Assembly: GCA_016748015.1 (NCBI GenBank) | Contig: JAAOMT010000213.1 | Span: 340,485-404,484 of the forward strand | Length of the DNA stretch: 64,000 nucleotides | Source of the DNA: Geosiphon pyriformis uo1 | Lineage: Eukaryota > Fungi > Glomeromycota | Direction of reading: 5' to 3' | Shown: positions 1 through 13,019 of the stretch, piece after piece | How positions within the stretch are numbered: position 1 is the first letter of the stretch | Layout of the letters: every line of letters begins with the position of its first letter | Notes under the pieces: model-generated | What the model saw: only the letters and a program-made list of their open reading frames with translations | What the model was told of the DNA's origin: nothing | Databases searched by the model: none | Position numbers and translations under genes: made by a program

Positions 1-158
1 TTTGGTTTTCTGTGATTTTTATAATAAATTTTGTTCTGGTGTATGAAATATTGTTTTGATTGGTGTTGTAAGTGGTGTTTTTTACTTGGAGACCAGTTTT
101 CTGGCATGGTAAGAGTCTCCAAATAATTTTTAAGATTGCTGTAGTTTCTGGGATCTAT
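1..158 (-). pseudogene. N-terminus of element A integrase ORF (putative start ATG decayed to ATA)
   Basis: (M)DPRNYSNLKNYLETLTMPENWSPSKKHHLQHQSKQYFIHQNKIYYKN aligns with element B integrase start MNIQKYQQLQHYINTQQF...KQQSKYFITHQNIFCRKN. Confidence 0.75.
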
Positions 159-215
159 TCTTGTTTGGTTATTTTGTTGGTAAATTGGTAAGTTGTGATG
201 AAATTGTTGTTGGTA

Positions 216-1622
216 TTAATCTTGTCTCATTCTTGAGAGGCTATCAATATTGATATGTAGTTTTTCTGATTTGTGGTGTACAATATATCTGTAGTCTGCT
301 AAAAAGTCATTCCATTGAGACTGTTTGGCACTTTGTTCAGTTTTCTTTTTATTGAGCCATTTGAGGCCAATGTTGTCCGTTATTATGTCAAATTCTTTTC
401 CATTCTTCAGATATTGTTGAAAATGTTTAAGAGCCCAAATAACTGCAGCAGCTTCTAATTCAGTTGAGCCATATTTGAGTTCTGTTGGCTTGAGTGTTCT
501 GTTGGCATAGGCAATAACTTGTTCTTGGTCATTTTCATCCAATTGTGATAAGATGGCACCAAATGCTATGTGTGAGGCATCAGTGGCTAATTGGAATTGT
601 TTGTTGAAGTCTGGGTAAGCAAGAACTGGGGCTGTTGTCAATTTTGTTTTGAGAATTTCAAAAGCTTTTTGTTGTTCTTCAGTCTATTTGTATGGTATGT
701 TTTTGTTGGTAAGATAATTGAGGGGTTTGGCAATTTCTGAGAATCCTTTTATGAATTTTTGATAGTAAGAGGCTAATCCCACAAATCCTCTTAGTTCTGT
801 AGTATTTCTGGGAGTTTAAAAGTTTTTGACAGCACTGATTGTTCCTGGATTTGGTTTGATTTCATCTTTACTAACTATGTGTCCAAGAAAAATCAAGCTT
901 GTTTTTCCAAAGTGACATTTCTCAATATTTAACTTTAATCCTGCTTTCCATAATTATTGAAAAACTTCTCGCAGGTGAATGAGATGGGCTTTAAAGCTTG
1001 GTGAGTATACATCAGTATTATCAAGATAAACAACTACTAATTGCCATAAGAGCCCTTTATAGACAACATCCATGAGTTGCTGAAATGTTGCTGGTGTATT
1101 GCAGAGTCCAAAAGGCATAACATTAAACTCATAATTTCCCCCTTGAGTGGTGAATGCTGTTTTGGGTCTATCTTTTAAGTCCATTTCGACTTGCCAGTAT
1201 CTACTTTCCAGGTCTAAAGTTGAAAAGAACTTGGCTTTTCCTAGAGCATTTAGCATGTCATTAATTCTTGGAAGAGAGTAGGCATCTCTAATTGTAACAC
1301 TATTCAGTTGTCTATAATCAACACAGAATCTGATTTTTCCGTTTTTCTTTTTAACTAAAACTACTGGTAAGGCCCAAGGACTTCTTAATGGTTGAATCAA
1401 TCCATTATTGAGCATTCTTTGGATCTCTTCTCTGATGAATTGGTGGCTGGCAGATGGCACTTGATAAGCTTGTTGACGTTTTGGTAGAGCATCTCCTGTA
1501 TGAATTTGATGTTGAACAATGTCTGTTTTTCCCAAATCATTGTTGTCTTTTGCAAATATATCTGCAAATTCAGCTATCAATTGTTTCAATTGTCTTTGTT
1601 GTTGAGGTTCTAAGGGACCCAT
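216..1622 (-). pseudogene. Element A reverse transcriptase + RNase H
   Basis: ORFs 954-1622 (SPWA, RFCVDYRQLN, LDLESRYWQ, MPFGLCNTPATFQ, YLDN) and 216-641 (APVLAYPDF, TDAS, ITDN, DSLSR) in the same frame. Confidence 0.95.
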
Positions 1623-1832
1623 ATTGATTTAAGAGAGTTTTTCTTCCAACAAGTGGTAGTTTTCAGTAGTGGGAATGATATTTGGATTTGGGAGTAGAGT
1701 GTGCTTTACAATTTCGATGAAATTAGAGACAATTTAAGGGTTTTCATCTTGAAAGATATTGCTGTGTATGATTCCAATTTCTAATTTGTTTAATAAAACA
1801 ATAGGGTAATTATTGGGGTTGTAGAATGTAAC

Positions 1833-2678
1833 TCAAAATTTTTTCATTCCTTTGGAAATATAAACGTTTGGAATTGATATTTCATGCTTCAAACAGATTT
1901 GTTCATTGGATTCAAAGATTTGTTGTGTAATGGTGAGTTTTGAGCAAGTGTAAATTTCGTGATGTTCTCCAAAAAGTAAAATGGTAATTGGCTGAAGAAG
2001 TTGAAGAATCTGGTGAGATTCATTTTGTGTATTAAGAACTATGTTTACTGGGACTGTAAATCGTCTAGTTGAACCAAAACCTTGAGTTCCTCTTTCACTT
2101 TTTCCCAATTGTTCTCTGTTGTTTACTGATTGTAAACCCGAAATGTTAATTAAGGGTAAATAAATTGCTTGAGCAATTTTTTCAGCATGTTCAATTTTGA
2201 ATGGTTTGTCTGTCTCATTCTGTAACATGATAGTAATGTCTCTAGTGTATCCTGCATCTATAACTTCTCCTTTAATATTGATTCCTTTGCTTGCCAATGA
2301 TGATCTGGAGGCAATTTGAATCATTGCTCCTGGTAGAATTTCAAGAGCAATTTTGAGATTGATTTTTGTCAAAGACTTTGGTTGGAGAATCAAAGTATTT
2401 TTTCCAGGGTATCTTAGGTCATATCCAGCATCAATTTCGTATGCTTTTTCTGGTCTGATTCTTTGGCCATGGTTGTCAAAATATTTAAGTTGTAGAGGTA
2501 GTTGCTTTTCAAGAAGATAGATGGAAGTGGTTGGTAGTTCTTCTACTAGTTCAGATACTCCAAATTCGATTTCATTTTCATCATTTTCATCTGGCAGAGG
2601 AATGCTAAGAGCATAATATTCTAAACACCATTGGTTATCACAAGGCATAACACATTCTTCACACAATTGAATGTTCAT
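1833..2678 (-). pseudogene. Element A dUTPase domain, preceded by a Cys cluster
   Basis: All five trimeric dUTPase motifs are recognisable: AGYDL, IASRSS, VIDAGYTRDI, KIAQAI, RGTQGFGST. Confidence 0.93.
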
Positions 2679-2687
2679 TTACTCTAA

Positions 2688-3944
2688 TCATTGAATTTGA
2701 GCTTCTTTGGTCGGATATGTGTGGCTTGCAATTTGGTGGTAGGTTTCTACTTCATCTTCATAATCAAATCCAGCTAATTCCATGGTATACTCAATATATT
2801 CAGCTTCTTTCATTTGGCGGACATTTTCTTGGGTGGCTTTATTGATCAATGCCATTGCTAGGTCAAAAATCATTTCAGCATCATGAGGATAGTGGTAAAG
2901 TTTATTGAGAGCACTGTTGTATACTGCATCAAATGGTGTTTCTCTTCTGACTTTTTCCGAAATTGATAGAGCATATTGACAGGTTTGATCACATACTCCT
3001 CTTCTCATTGCTACATCAATCCAATTGCATTCTTCTGGTAGCACTTCTCCACATGTAAGGCAAGGTGTGTTGTCCCATTTTCTATTTCTTTTTGGAGATC
3101 CAAATCGTTCTCTATGGTATGCTTTACAAAAGTAACAGGTACGAGTTTCATATTCCTCTTCTGGAGAAATACATGCTCCCATTGATAAAAGTTTTTTGTT
3201 GCAATCTTTGCATTTGAGTGGAATATAGGGTGGTTGTTTCTGTGGTTCTGGTGTAGAATATCTAACTTTCTTCCATCCTCTTGATTCTTCAAAAATCTCT
3301 TGTTTGGTTTCTTCAGCCCAATTAGATGTTGATTCAAGAGCCATGTAGATTTCAGTAAGTGGCATTTCTTTCTCCTCTTCAAATTCAAATACTGGAGCTT
3401 TTTTTGATCGTTTGTTAAAGGTACCACAGATTGCAGGTACTATGGTATATTGTCCTTGGTATGAGATTTTAAGTTCTTGAGTTTTCCAGTTCAGGTTTGC
3501 ATTGGTCTTGAGAAGCCAATCATTTCCGACTAGAGCTTGGTATTGGGGTGCATCCATAATAAGAACTTTAACTGGAATGGTGATTCCATCAATTGAAAAA
3601 GAGAAATCATCAATTTCTCCTACTGGAGTCTTCTTCATACCATCAGCTGTAACAATAACTGTTTAAGCTGGTCTGTCTACATTTTGTTTGAGTTGTTGCA
3701 TCAGCTTGTAAGTGATGATACTTCCAGCTGATCTACTATCTAAGATTAAGCAAATGGGTTTTCCTTCCACTGTAGCTTCTGTGTACATGACAGTAATTGC
3801 TTTCTGTTCATTGACTGCTGCATTACTAAGCAGAAATGGTGATTCATTTGCTTCAAATTCAAATGGAAATATATCTGACAGATTAGCATTTTGGGCAATT
3901 TGAGCTAATGGAATGGTGTGGTTGAAAGGTTTTGATCTTAGCAC
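2688..3944 (-). pseudogene. Element A aspartic protease + Cys-rich domain
   Basis: LILDSRSAGSII and ALVGNDWL retropepsin motifs, followed by CKDC, CKAYH, CLTC and CDQTC clusters. Confidence 0.88.
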
Positions 3945-4617
3945 TGCAACTTCATCTTCAGAAAGTGCAGTTTGTTAAAAATTTGATTTCTCTGGTATTG
4001 TAAGATAACTGGGTTGAGTGTGATAGTGATTGGGTCTTTGCTGATCCGAATTTTGGGGAACCAACTGGTTATTTAGATTGATTCTGTTGTGGTTATTTTG
4101 CAATTGATTTTGGAATGTAAATTGGTTATGTTGAACCAATCTTCTTGCTGGTACTTGATATTGTTGAGTGGGTGGTGTCTGATATGGCTAAATTGGTAAA
4201 GGTTGCTGATATTGTTGCTGCATTAATTATGGGGCTGGTGGATAGTAGTTTTGATTTTGTGGTCTTGGTGAATAATAGGTTGGTGATGGAGATTGGTAAT
4301 AGGATTGTTGTGGTGAAGAGTAACATTGATTACTCCTGTTTTGTTGGTCTCTTTGTAATTTCCTACAATCTCGTTTCCAGTGTCCTGGAATTCCACAATA
4401 ATGACAATTTTGAGATTGGTTGTTGGATGGTAATCCAAAATTGTTTTGGTTGCATCATTGTGGTGGTTGATATCTTTGTGGTTGTTGCTGCTGTTGTTGT
4501 TGGTTTGTAAAATAGCTTTCAACTTTCTTTGTGAGTTGGTCTATCTTTTTTTTAGCTGCTAAGCTGGTTTCTCCAATTGCAAGGTTTACAAACTTGGTGT
4601 GATTTGCTTCTTCCATT

Positions 4618-4717
4618 NNNNNNNNNNNNNNNNNNNNNNNNNNNNNNNNNNNNNNNNNNNNNNNNNNNNNNNNNNNNNNNNNNNNNNNNNNNNNNNNNNN
4701 NNNNNNNNNNNNNNNNN
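4618..4717. other. Assembly gap (100 N)
   Basis: Run of exactly 100 N. Comparison with element B Gag suggests roughly 240 nt is missing. Confidence 0.99.
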
Positions 4718-5726
4718 CTGAGAGTGATAGAGGTATTGTTGTCAGTGAATTGTTGTAGAAAAGCATCTTTGAATGCTTGCCAGTTTTCAAATGGTTCTTC
4801 TAAATTTTCAAACTATTCTCCTGCTGTTCCTTGGAGAAAGTAGGGAATTGCTTTAAGCATTTTTGCTGCAATCCAACTATTTGCATCTCTTGCTTTTTGA
4901 ACCTTGTCAAGCCATTCTTGAAAACTGGTATCATTGTCTTCACCAGTGAATTTTGGGATTTTTGCAATGTAAGCAGTTGTCATTTCTTCTTTGTTTTCTG
5001 TAATTTCTTCTGGTTCTGATTCAGTTTCTTTACTTTCCAAGCTTTCTGAGTGATTACTTTCGTTTTCCTGTAAGTAATCAATGATATTGGCACTTGTTAA
5101 TATTGGTTCCTGCTGTTAAGTAGGATTTCTAGGTGACTGAAAATCTTCTGGTCTGGAGAAATGGCTAAGTGGTGAACTTGGTGTTTGTGGTTGAACAAGT
5201 GAAATTGGAAAGAGTGTAATAGAAAGTGGTAATTTGACACTAATTCTTTGTTCAGGTGTTTGCAAGTGTTTGGCAGGTGTCTTTTGTAGTGTTGGAGTGT
5301 TTGAAGTGGTTTTTGAGTATTGCTTCAATCTTTGTTTGCCTTTGTTGCTTGTTTCTGTCTCTAATTCAAAGTCAAAAGAGTATTTAGACTGTACTGGGTA
5401 TTTTTCTTCACAATACTCAATATGTTAAAATTAAGTTCTTGGAAGTAAGTAGCAAGTGTTTCACTGTTCAGGTCTTCTGTTCCCAATTGTGAATAGTGCA
5501 CTAAATTATTGTAGAGGTTGCTTCTAACTTCTGAAATGTTGTAGTTTTTAAAAAGATAATTGTTGATGCAGTTTTCAATGTATTGGTATACTGATTTCTT
5601 TACAACTTCAATTTCGTCTGGAATGTTGAATCTTTGCTTGCAGTGGGTGTAAATTGACTGGTAATACTCTAGAGTTGCTGTGTCTGGTGTAGTCGCCACT
5701 TTGAATTTGTTGTTGCTGTGTTATTT

Positions 5727-5742
5727 CCGTGGAAGAGCACCA
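5727..5742 (-). promoter_or_regulatory. Primer-binding site of element A (TGGTGCTCTTCCACGG)
   Basis: Starts with TGG 2 nt downstream of the LTR end; complementary to a tRNA 3' end ...GAAGAGCACCA. Confidence 0.85.
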
Positions 5743-5744
5743 AA

Positions 5745-6696
5745 TGTTACCAGAGGTTTTTGGTCTCTTTTTTTAAATGTTGGCAATGTTGATTTGCTGT
5801 GAATTTACATTCTCAGGAAGTAGTTGAACCTCCAATAACTGAATTTATCTTCAAATTATCTTCTATAATTTGAACTTGCTGGGCTTATAAGTGAAATGGC
5901 CAATTCCGTGCCAGTTATTTTATGTAGTTACATTGTAGTAAACGTCAACTCTTTCCCAGGAATTGCTCGTCTGGAAGCTTACTAAAATGTATAGTTACTT
6001 TGCTGTGAAAGTCAACTCTTCTACAGGAATTTTGTCTGTAGGCTACCCTAATAATTGTAATAAGAAAAGAAAAGAAAAATAAAAGAAATGTAAAAGAAAT
6101 AGAATTTTGTTAAGAGAAACGTTTTCTATCCAAACCTGAAGTCACTAACAGTTTACTGAAATTGGTAACTAATCAATTTCAAAATGTTAGTTGGGTTTTG
6201 AGGATTTTCCAAGTGCAATAATTTAAAGAGTTTGGTTTTTCGAATTATTTAATATTTATTTTTTTTTGTGTGTGTAGAAATAGTTCTAAGTAATAAATCT
6301 AAAGTAAGATACATTTTCCAGAAGAAAAAAGCTCTTTTTTTATACAACTTGTTGTAGTACTAGTCTATGAACTTGCACTTTTTCTCTTTGCTCAAATTTT
6401 GGCAAACTAAAGATATATTTTGATGAACTACAAGTTATTTCACTGAACTATTGATTAATTTGGGTGAACTATTTATAATTTCGGCAAATTTTTGAATGTT
6501 ACAAAGTTCAGGGTATTGTGTAATTTAATCATCTTACTTTCTGTTATACTAATTAGATTATTTTAATTGAATCGTGATATGTGATAATTGATTAAATAAT
6601 AAATGATAATTTGAAATGATATTAATATACTAATGAATTATAGGAATTATAAGAGTAATTTCATGCTAATTAATAGCTAAAATTTTACTGGTAACA
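5745..6696 (-). repeat. 5' LTR of element A (952 bp)
   Basis: TGTTACCAG...CTGGTAACA 9-bp inverted termini; homologous to solo LTRs at 16350 and 38308; adjacent PBS. Confidence 0.95.
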
Positions 6697-7200
6697 GTAA
6701 AGAGGAAGAAAGATATTTTTATCATCATCCATGACAAAATTAGGAGAACCAAGAAGGGAACTGAAAATAGCACCAGTGTTGATACACTTGGCTTTAGGAG
6801 TGTTGGCAGTTGAATCCAGAAGAGACCCAACATTAATGCCAGTCATTTTAGCACTTTTTTCATCACCAGACACACTATCTACATCAGAGAACACATTGTT
6901 ATCAAGCTCAGACTTGTTTAGAGAAATATTTTTTTCATTACCTAAGTGTTTGATGTTCCCAAGCACAACTTTCTTTTTCTGTAAGAAGAAGCCACCAGTA
7001 GAACCATGAAAAGCACCCTTTGGTGCCTTTTTTTTAGACATGTTGCTACTAGAAGCAGTCTCTAGGTCCACGAAAAATGGGTTATTAGAAAGAGAAATTG
7101 TGAAATACTAACAAGAAAAAATAAAAAACTTCTTTTTCAGAAAAGCACTTTTTGAGAATTTGTAGAAATAAGAGAGAAAGAAGTTTTTTTTTGTTTGAAC
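6697..7200 (-). mobile_element. 5' end (UTR + start of ORF1) of a LINE, cut by insertion of element A
   Basis: SKKKAPKGAFHGSTGGFFLQKKKVVLGNIKHLGNEKNIS is homologous to the ORF1 start of the LINE at 29450 (STKKKLARV...LLFGNIKHSGNETDLS). The ORF ends at the LTR boundary. Confidence 0.75.
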
Positions 7201-10200
7201 TTTACTTGTTAAATAAAATAAAATAAAAAAAAAAGATTTTTTTATCTATAGTTATAATAAAACTAAATATTATAAGTAATATTAATAATATAAAATTAAT
7301 AAAAAAGTTAAAGAAAACAAAAAACCAAAACTTTATTTTTTACAAAAAAAAAACAGATTTTAAGATTAAAACTATTAAAAACATCAAAAAAAAAACTTTT
7401 TAACATTTTAAAAAAATTGCTATTAAATATAACAAAAATATAAAAAGATTGGTTTTTTTGTTATTTTGGTTTTTTTAATTATTTAAATAATAATAATAAA
7501 AAAATAACTTGATTAATAGTTTTTTATTAAATATTTTAAGATTTTTAAAAAAAACAAAACTTATACTTAAATTATTTTAATTAAGTTGTTTTGAAAAACC
7601 TTTAAAAAAAGACATTTAATTAAAGATAAAAAAAGTGTTTTTAAAATAGTAAAAGATTGTTTAATTATTATTTTATTTAAAAAAAAATTTTATAAAACAT
7701 TATTATTAAAAAAAATTGTTTTTTTTTTTAATATTATTAATATTATTTTGCTGTTAATTTTATTGTTAATAAAAGCTAATAAATTTTTAATAAGCTAATT
7801 TATTTTCAAAGTATTTTTTTATATTTTAGATTAAATATATTGTTAAATTTATAATAGAATAACTAATTTTATGCCAATTATTATTATTTTTTTTATTAAA
7901 AAATTTACAAATAAAGTCCAACTACAATCTAGTATATAGATTTAAATTAAGTAAGACAAACTAAATACAGTTTATACTCTTACTATATATGGTCAGCCAT
8001 TTAGACCAAACAAGACAACACTACATATTTATATAAACAAAAATATTTCCATCCAAACCAGAAAAAAAAGGACATAGTATACACCTACCAAAATTAATTA
8101 TAAAAGCTTCTACAACACCAAACATCTAAACTATTTTATTTTATTAATTTAAATATTACTCTACAAGACAAACCTAAAACCAAACCATTATTCTTAACCA
8201 ATTCAGCTTTTTTCATATCTATCCTATACTTAGACTTCATAAGTTACACTTTAGTGCAATATAATTTCACCAAATATCCCACATAATTAATAAAAACAGA
8301 AGTAGTCTCTCTCTTTTCATTAAAAACCATAATAGTCTCAGTATACCATTTATTTAGCACAAATTTCTTGCAAATTATAATATACAAACTTACATTTAAA
8401 GAACATAAAGAAAGCATTTACAAAATAACAGAAGAAGGCAGATGAAAAGCACTTGCCAAAGACACTTATTTTTTAGAAGTTTTAGTCAAAATATTCTTTC
8501 AGATACCAATATTCTCAGCACAAATAAAAATGTGGTCAGACAATTTCATCTCATCATACAGCAAACACAGCATATCAGAATATGTTTTGTTATACAACCT
8601 TTTTCTAATCATTATAGACAGCCAGCCATATATAGCCTTCATTAAATATGTGTATTGGTTGGCAGATTTTTTACTAATAAACCCAGAAAACATGTGCAAA
8701 TTAGAGTGCCAGACTTTTGTAGTAGCTATCTAATTTATTTCTTTAATTATTGCACTCGAAATTATACTAAGACTAGAACCAGTCTTCTAATAAGCACAAC
8801 AAATAGATCTGTACCAATTACAAATGAAATAACAAGTATTACCAGACACAGCTATCTTATCAGTTATTAAAAACCATTTACAAATTCTAGCCAGCAATAA
8901 AAAAAGGAAGTTAATGGCCTTACTTACTATTGTGTTAGCTTAAACATTGTCAAAAATACCTGAATGTTTTTTAACTTTCACTCACATGATTAAAAAATTT
9001 TTATCTTTGACCAAATTAGCAATATGTTTTTTTTCAATCTAACACTAATTGTAAAAGTTAGGCATAGCAAATAAAACCTTAAATAAACATACATCAATTA
9101 CAAATTGGCTATTTAAATATAAAACCACAGCACAAAAAAATAGAACACACTTCAATATTAGCACAACAACTTGTAATTTAGCTAATATAAAAAACATAAG
9201 CCCATACACTTTTATGCCAATACTCATATTTAAAGCTGGAAAATAAGCAGCCATCTCACTAGTAACTCTAACAGAATTAACACATCTTAATAAACCATTT
9301 GTATAAACTTCAATAAAACTAAATTAAATCTCAAGCAAATTTTTATGTATATTAGAGAACTTTTCAGACATTAAAACATCTAATTCATATGACTTATAAA
9401 CATTAGCAGATCCAATTACCAAAAAATCTATCTTACTTAAAAACACAGATACCAATTTAAACCAAAAAGACACAAAACTCCTAAGATCCAATTTTTTTTA
9501 CTTCTAAAATGTTTTCTAATTTATAATACATCTTTTTTTGTCCAGAAGTTTGTTACCAAAAGCAATACCAAACCACTTCAAAAAAAACAAAACTATAATA
9601 CAGAATTTTCCCCAAAATATTAGACATTAGAATTCTATTAAAACTATGAAAAGCACTAGGCAAATTGTTTACCAAAGATAAATCATTGTTCAAAAAAATT
9701 TTAACCACTCTGGCCAAAAAATTGTTTACTGGACTAACATGTAACTTGATAGAAAATTGCAAAGAATTTAAAGAAAACCATTTTAAAATCTGCAAATCCA
9801 AGAATCTATGCTCAAACAAATACCCAAAAATGCCTAATGCATTGAAAAAAACAATCAATAAAGCCAATTTCTCTTTAGATTGTACTTTTTTAAAAAGTTT
9901 TAAATTGTACAAAAATAGATGATATAGAATCTCACTGAAAAAGTCATGTGGCAAACCAGTCTTGGTCTTAAGACTTTTTCTAATCATTACATTTTACTTA
10001 TAATACACACCTAATAAAATAAAACTAAATTACAATTAATAGCTAATTATGGGCTATAAAACAGCTAACACCAAATAAGAAAACTGTTTATTTGTAATTA
10101 TCTTTTTTAATACTACATTGAAAAAAAACTTGCCATTTGTATAAGCCTAAGCCAAACTAAACTTAAAGAAACTCTCAGTTAACAAAAAAATACCCAAGTA

Positions 10201-13019
10201 TCTGTGTGGTTTACTTCTCTTAGCAATTAAAATTGGCAGACCACTGATTATTAAAGAAGTATTTTTAATATTCTGATTGATAGAAATAGCCACTATTTTT
10301 TCATTATTAATTGAAATATTATTAATATCAAAGAATTTACTTGCAATATTCAAAATATATTGTGTAGAAGCTTGGCTACTTTCAACTTAAATTGTGTTAT
10401 TAACAAAGATACTAACAGCAAAAAATGAAGTCTTTTCACTAACAGTTTCAATTCTACCAGTTTTGGCCACAAACTTAGTATCAATTTAGTATTTACACAA
10501 GTGCTTATGCCTTTTAATTTTACACAAAAATGGATCATAAAAAATTCTCTAAAAAAGAGAAAAAAAAATCTTGTCCTAATCCAATTTATCATGTATTTTG
10601 TAACCACCTTAAAGTCCAAAATCAGTTATTACCTTATTAATCTGATCTTCATATATGTTGCTAAAAAATTTAATAAACCAATTGCATATTTTAATATGTT
10701 GTAAGCTAGCTCTTAAATAATATCATTTTACAGAATTATAAGTCTTTTGCATATTCTGTAAAATCAATTAAAGCTCTCTATTTTTCTTTAATGTATTTTC
10801 GATCACAAACCCAACAGCAAAAATAAGAGACTAAGTCAAAATACTCTTCAATACTAAAAAGTTGTTACCATAAAAAATATCAAATTTGCTGCATATTAAG
10901 GATATCTAATTAGAATCTTGGACAAGATCTTTTTAATTGTCTTAATCAGTATAATAAGCCAAGTATTTGTTAAGATACTATTTTATTTATAAGATTTAAA
11001 GATTATAAAAATCCATGTTCTCTTTTAAGAAGCTAGAACTACACCCAAAATCAAACACAAATTTAGCAATTTCAAAAAGCATTTCAACATCCTATCATCA
11101 CAATGTTTCCAAAGTTTATTAAGTATTTTAAACAACTTAGCAGCTTTGTCATTTGGCAAATTACCAAACATTAAAGTTTATTCTTCCAAATTAATCTTAC
11201 TTATTACATTAAAAAAAGCACTATTATCTACATAATTTAAAAGCATATATTGGTAAAACTAAAGTTCAGACATCTTTAAAGACACTAACTGTTTTTTTAT
11301 CTACTTTTTTATAATTTCATCAACTTTGAGTTTTATCTTCTTAGGCTTTACCATCAATTTATCTCTTACCATCAAGTAATTCAATACAACTTTGCAAAAA
11401 AGTTATTCTGAAACACTATTTATTATTTTTTTTTTGTTAAAACAGAAATTTTCTATATATTATTCAATTGTCTTTCTAATAGCTGTATTTTTAAATATCT
11501 TTAATTTATAATATTTGGATTGTTGATACTTTTTCTTAATTAGTAACAAATGTTTAATAATGTCTATTGAACTTATACAATTTTAAATCATGTTGGTTAT
11601 CTTAAATATTTTAACAATATCAACTAACAACTAAATATTAACAAGACATTCAAACTCTAACAAATTATTAGAACACCATTTTTTTACAATCTTGGCTATA
11701 AGCAGTTCTAACTTAAAAAATTTTGATAACAGTTTGTTTTTTATACAATTATATTTACTATACTAATATTTAGAGAACACCATATTAGCAGATTACATCA
11801 TAGCTTTTTTTACAAATATAAAATCCAATACTTTTTTAACACTTCTAGAATTGTTCCAAGTAGAAGTTTTATCCAAAAAATGCTTATTAAAAACATTAAC
11901 CAGACCCAGATCCAAACAAAACTTGAAACTTGCACTCTTTTTAAACCTATTTTTATTAAAATCTTCATTTAGAATTATGAAAGAGCTAGAATTAACTGCT
12001 TTGAAAATAATGGAATTAATAATAGAAGTCTAATCAAACTATATACCAGCAAACACCCCAGCATATAAACCCAAAATTGTAATCAAAAGCTTGTCTTTAA
12101 ACAAAAGTCATATGGAAATTAAATGATCTAAAATCTCATCTATTTTAGAAACATAATGATATTACAAATGATTATTTAGAGTGTTGAAACAAATAACAAA
12201 TTCATAACTTGGTGCTTAATAGCTAGTAATGTTGATAATTTTTGAAGGCTTTGAAATCTGAAAGTTTTGTTTGAGTTTTTTATATAATAGACAGAAATTT
12301 AATTAATGATTTTTTTTGTGAATTTTTTTCTTTAGCATGATAGCCAGTTTATTCTAACAGTTATGCTCTTCTAATAAGCTATTCTTAAATTTTTACTCTT
12401 ATTTTTGGATCTTTTACCAGACTATTTTTGACATTAAATACTTAGTATTTAATTTTTTTAATCAATTAATAAACAACAAAGAAACAAAATAAAAGAAAAT
12501 AAAGAAAATAAAAGAAAATAAGAAAATAAAATAAAAAATTTGTATTTTATCAATAGTCATAATTAAGAGCTATTGGTTTAGTGTAGTTAATTATTGAATT
12601 TTATTAATATGAAGTATTAATAAAGAGAAATAGATTAATATTTCTTTAATTAAGTAATAATAACATAAATTTGAAGATAATAGATAATTTTATTAATATG
12701 GAAATAATTTCACTTTAAGTTATAGAAAACTATTTTTTAAAGAAAAAAGTATTGTTTTAAATTAATATGAACTCTATTGAATTCTCCTGGAATTGTTTTT
12801 TTTGCTTTTAATACTTTTGTTATATATATATAATTTATGTTATATAAGATTTTGTATTTTTGAGCAATGTGCCATAATTTTTTAACAATGTGCTTATTGC
12901 TGAGCAGTATGTTATAATTTATTGACAATGTGCCCATTGTTGAGCAATATGTTATAATTTTCTAATATTGTGCTCACTTGCTAAGTTCTATTCTTTTATT
13001 GGTCTATTTTTTTATCTGT

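Larger units (their letters stand above)
3945..5810 (-). pseudogene. Element A Gag (N-terminal extension, capsid-like region, zinc knuckle, Q/N/P-rich tail)
   Basis: YIAKIPKFTGEDNDT..EWLDKV..A.DANSW...MLKAIPYFLQGTAGE capsid-like segment matches element B. CCHC knuckle at ~4365-4407. Interrupted by the N gap. Confidence 0.8.
1..6696 (-). mobile_element. Ty3/Gypsy LTR retrotransposon, family A (5' LTR to start of integrase; runs off the left end of the window), degenerate
   Basis: 5' LTR 5745-6696 and PBS are present. Then Gag with CCHC knuckle (CHYCGIPGHWKRDC), protease (LILDSRSAGSII), Cys-rich region, dUTPase, RT (RFCVDYRQLN, YLDN) and RNase H (LATDAS, TELEAAAV) in Gypsy order. The pol ORF fragments all lie in one frame, broken by stops. 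Confidence 0.95.

Noticed and set aside
3970-3990. Possible -1 frameshift site (A AAT TTT then TAA) between gag and pol of element A
   Set aside because: The downstream protease ORF is in the same (0) frame and the -1 frame closes within a few codons; the TAA is best explained as CAA->TAA.
4145-4522. Hydrophobic or low-complexity ORFs overlapping Gag (also 15641-15961, 18057-18419, 47822-48166 and similar)
   Set aside because: Antisense or alternative-frame shadows of Q/N/P-rich or charged coding sequence.
7200-7886. Extremely AT-rich tracts (also 39590-40500, 61700-62380) as centromere/origin elements or ORFs
   Set aside because: No periodicity or motif; most simply end-stage mutated TE remnants, and the ORFs there are compositional artefacts.
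12862-12985. Short spaced repeats resembling a CRISPR array
   Set aside because: Degenerate tandem units with no unique spacers, inside an LTR in a eukaryotic genome; no cas genes.
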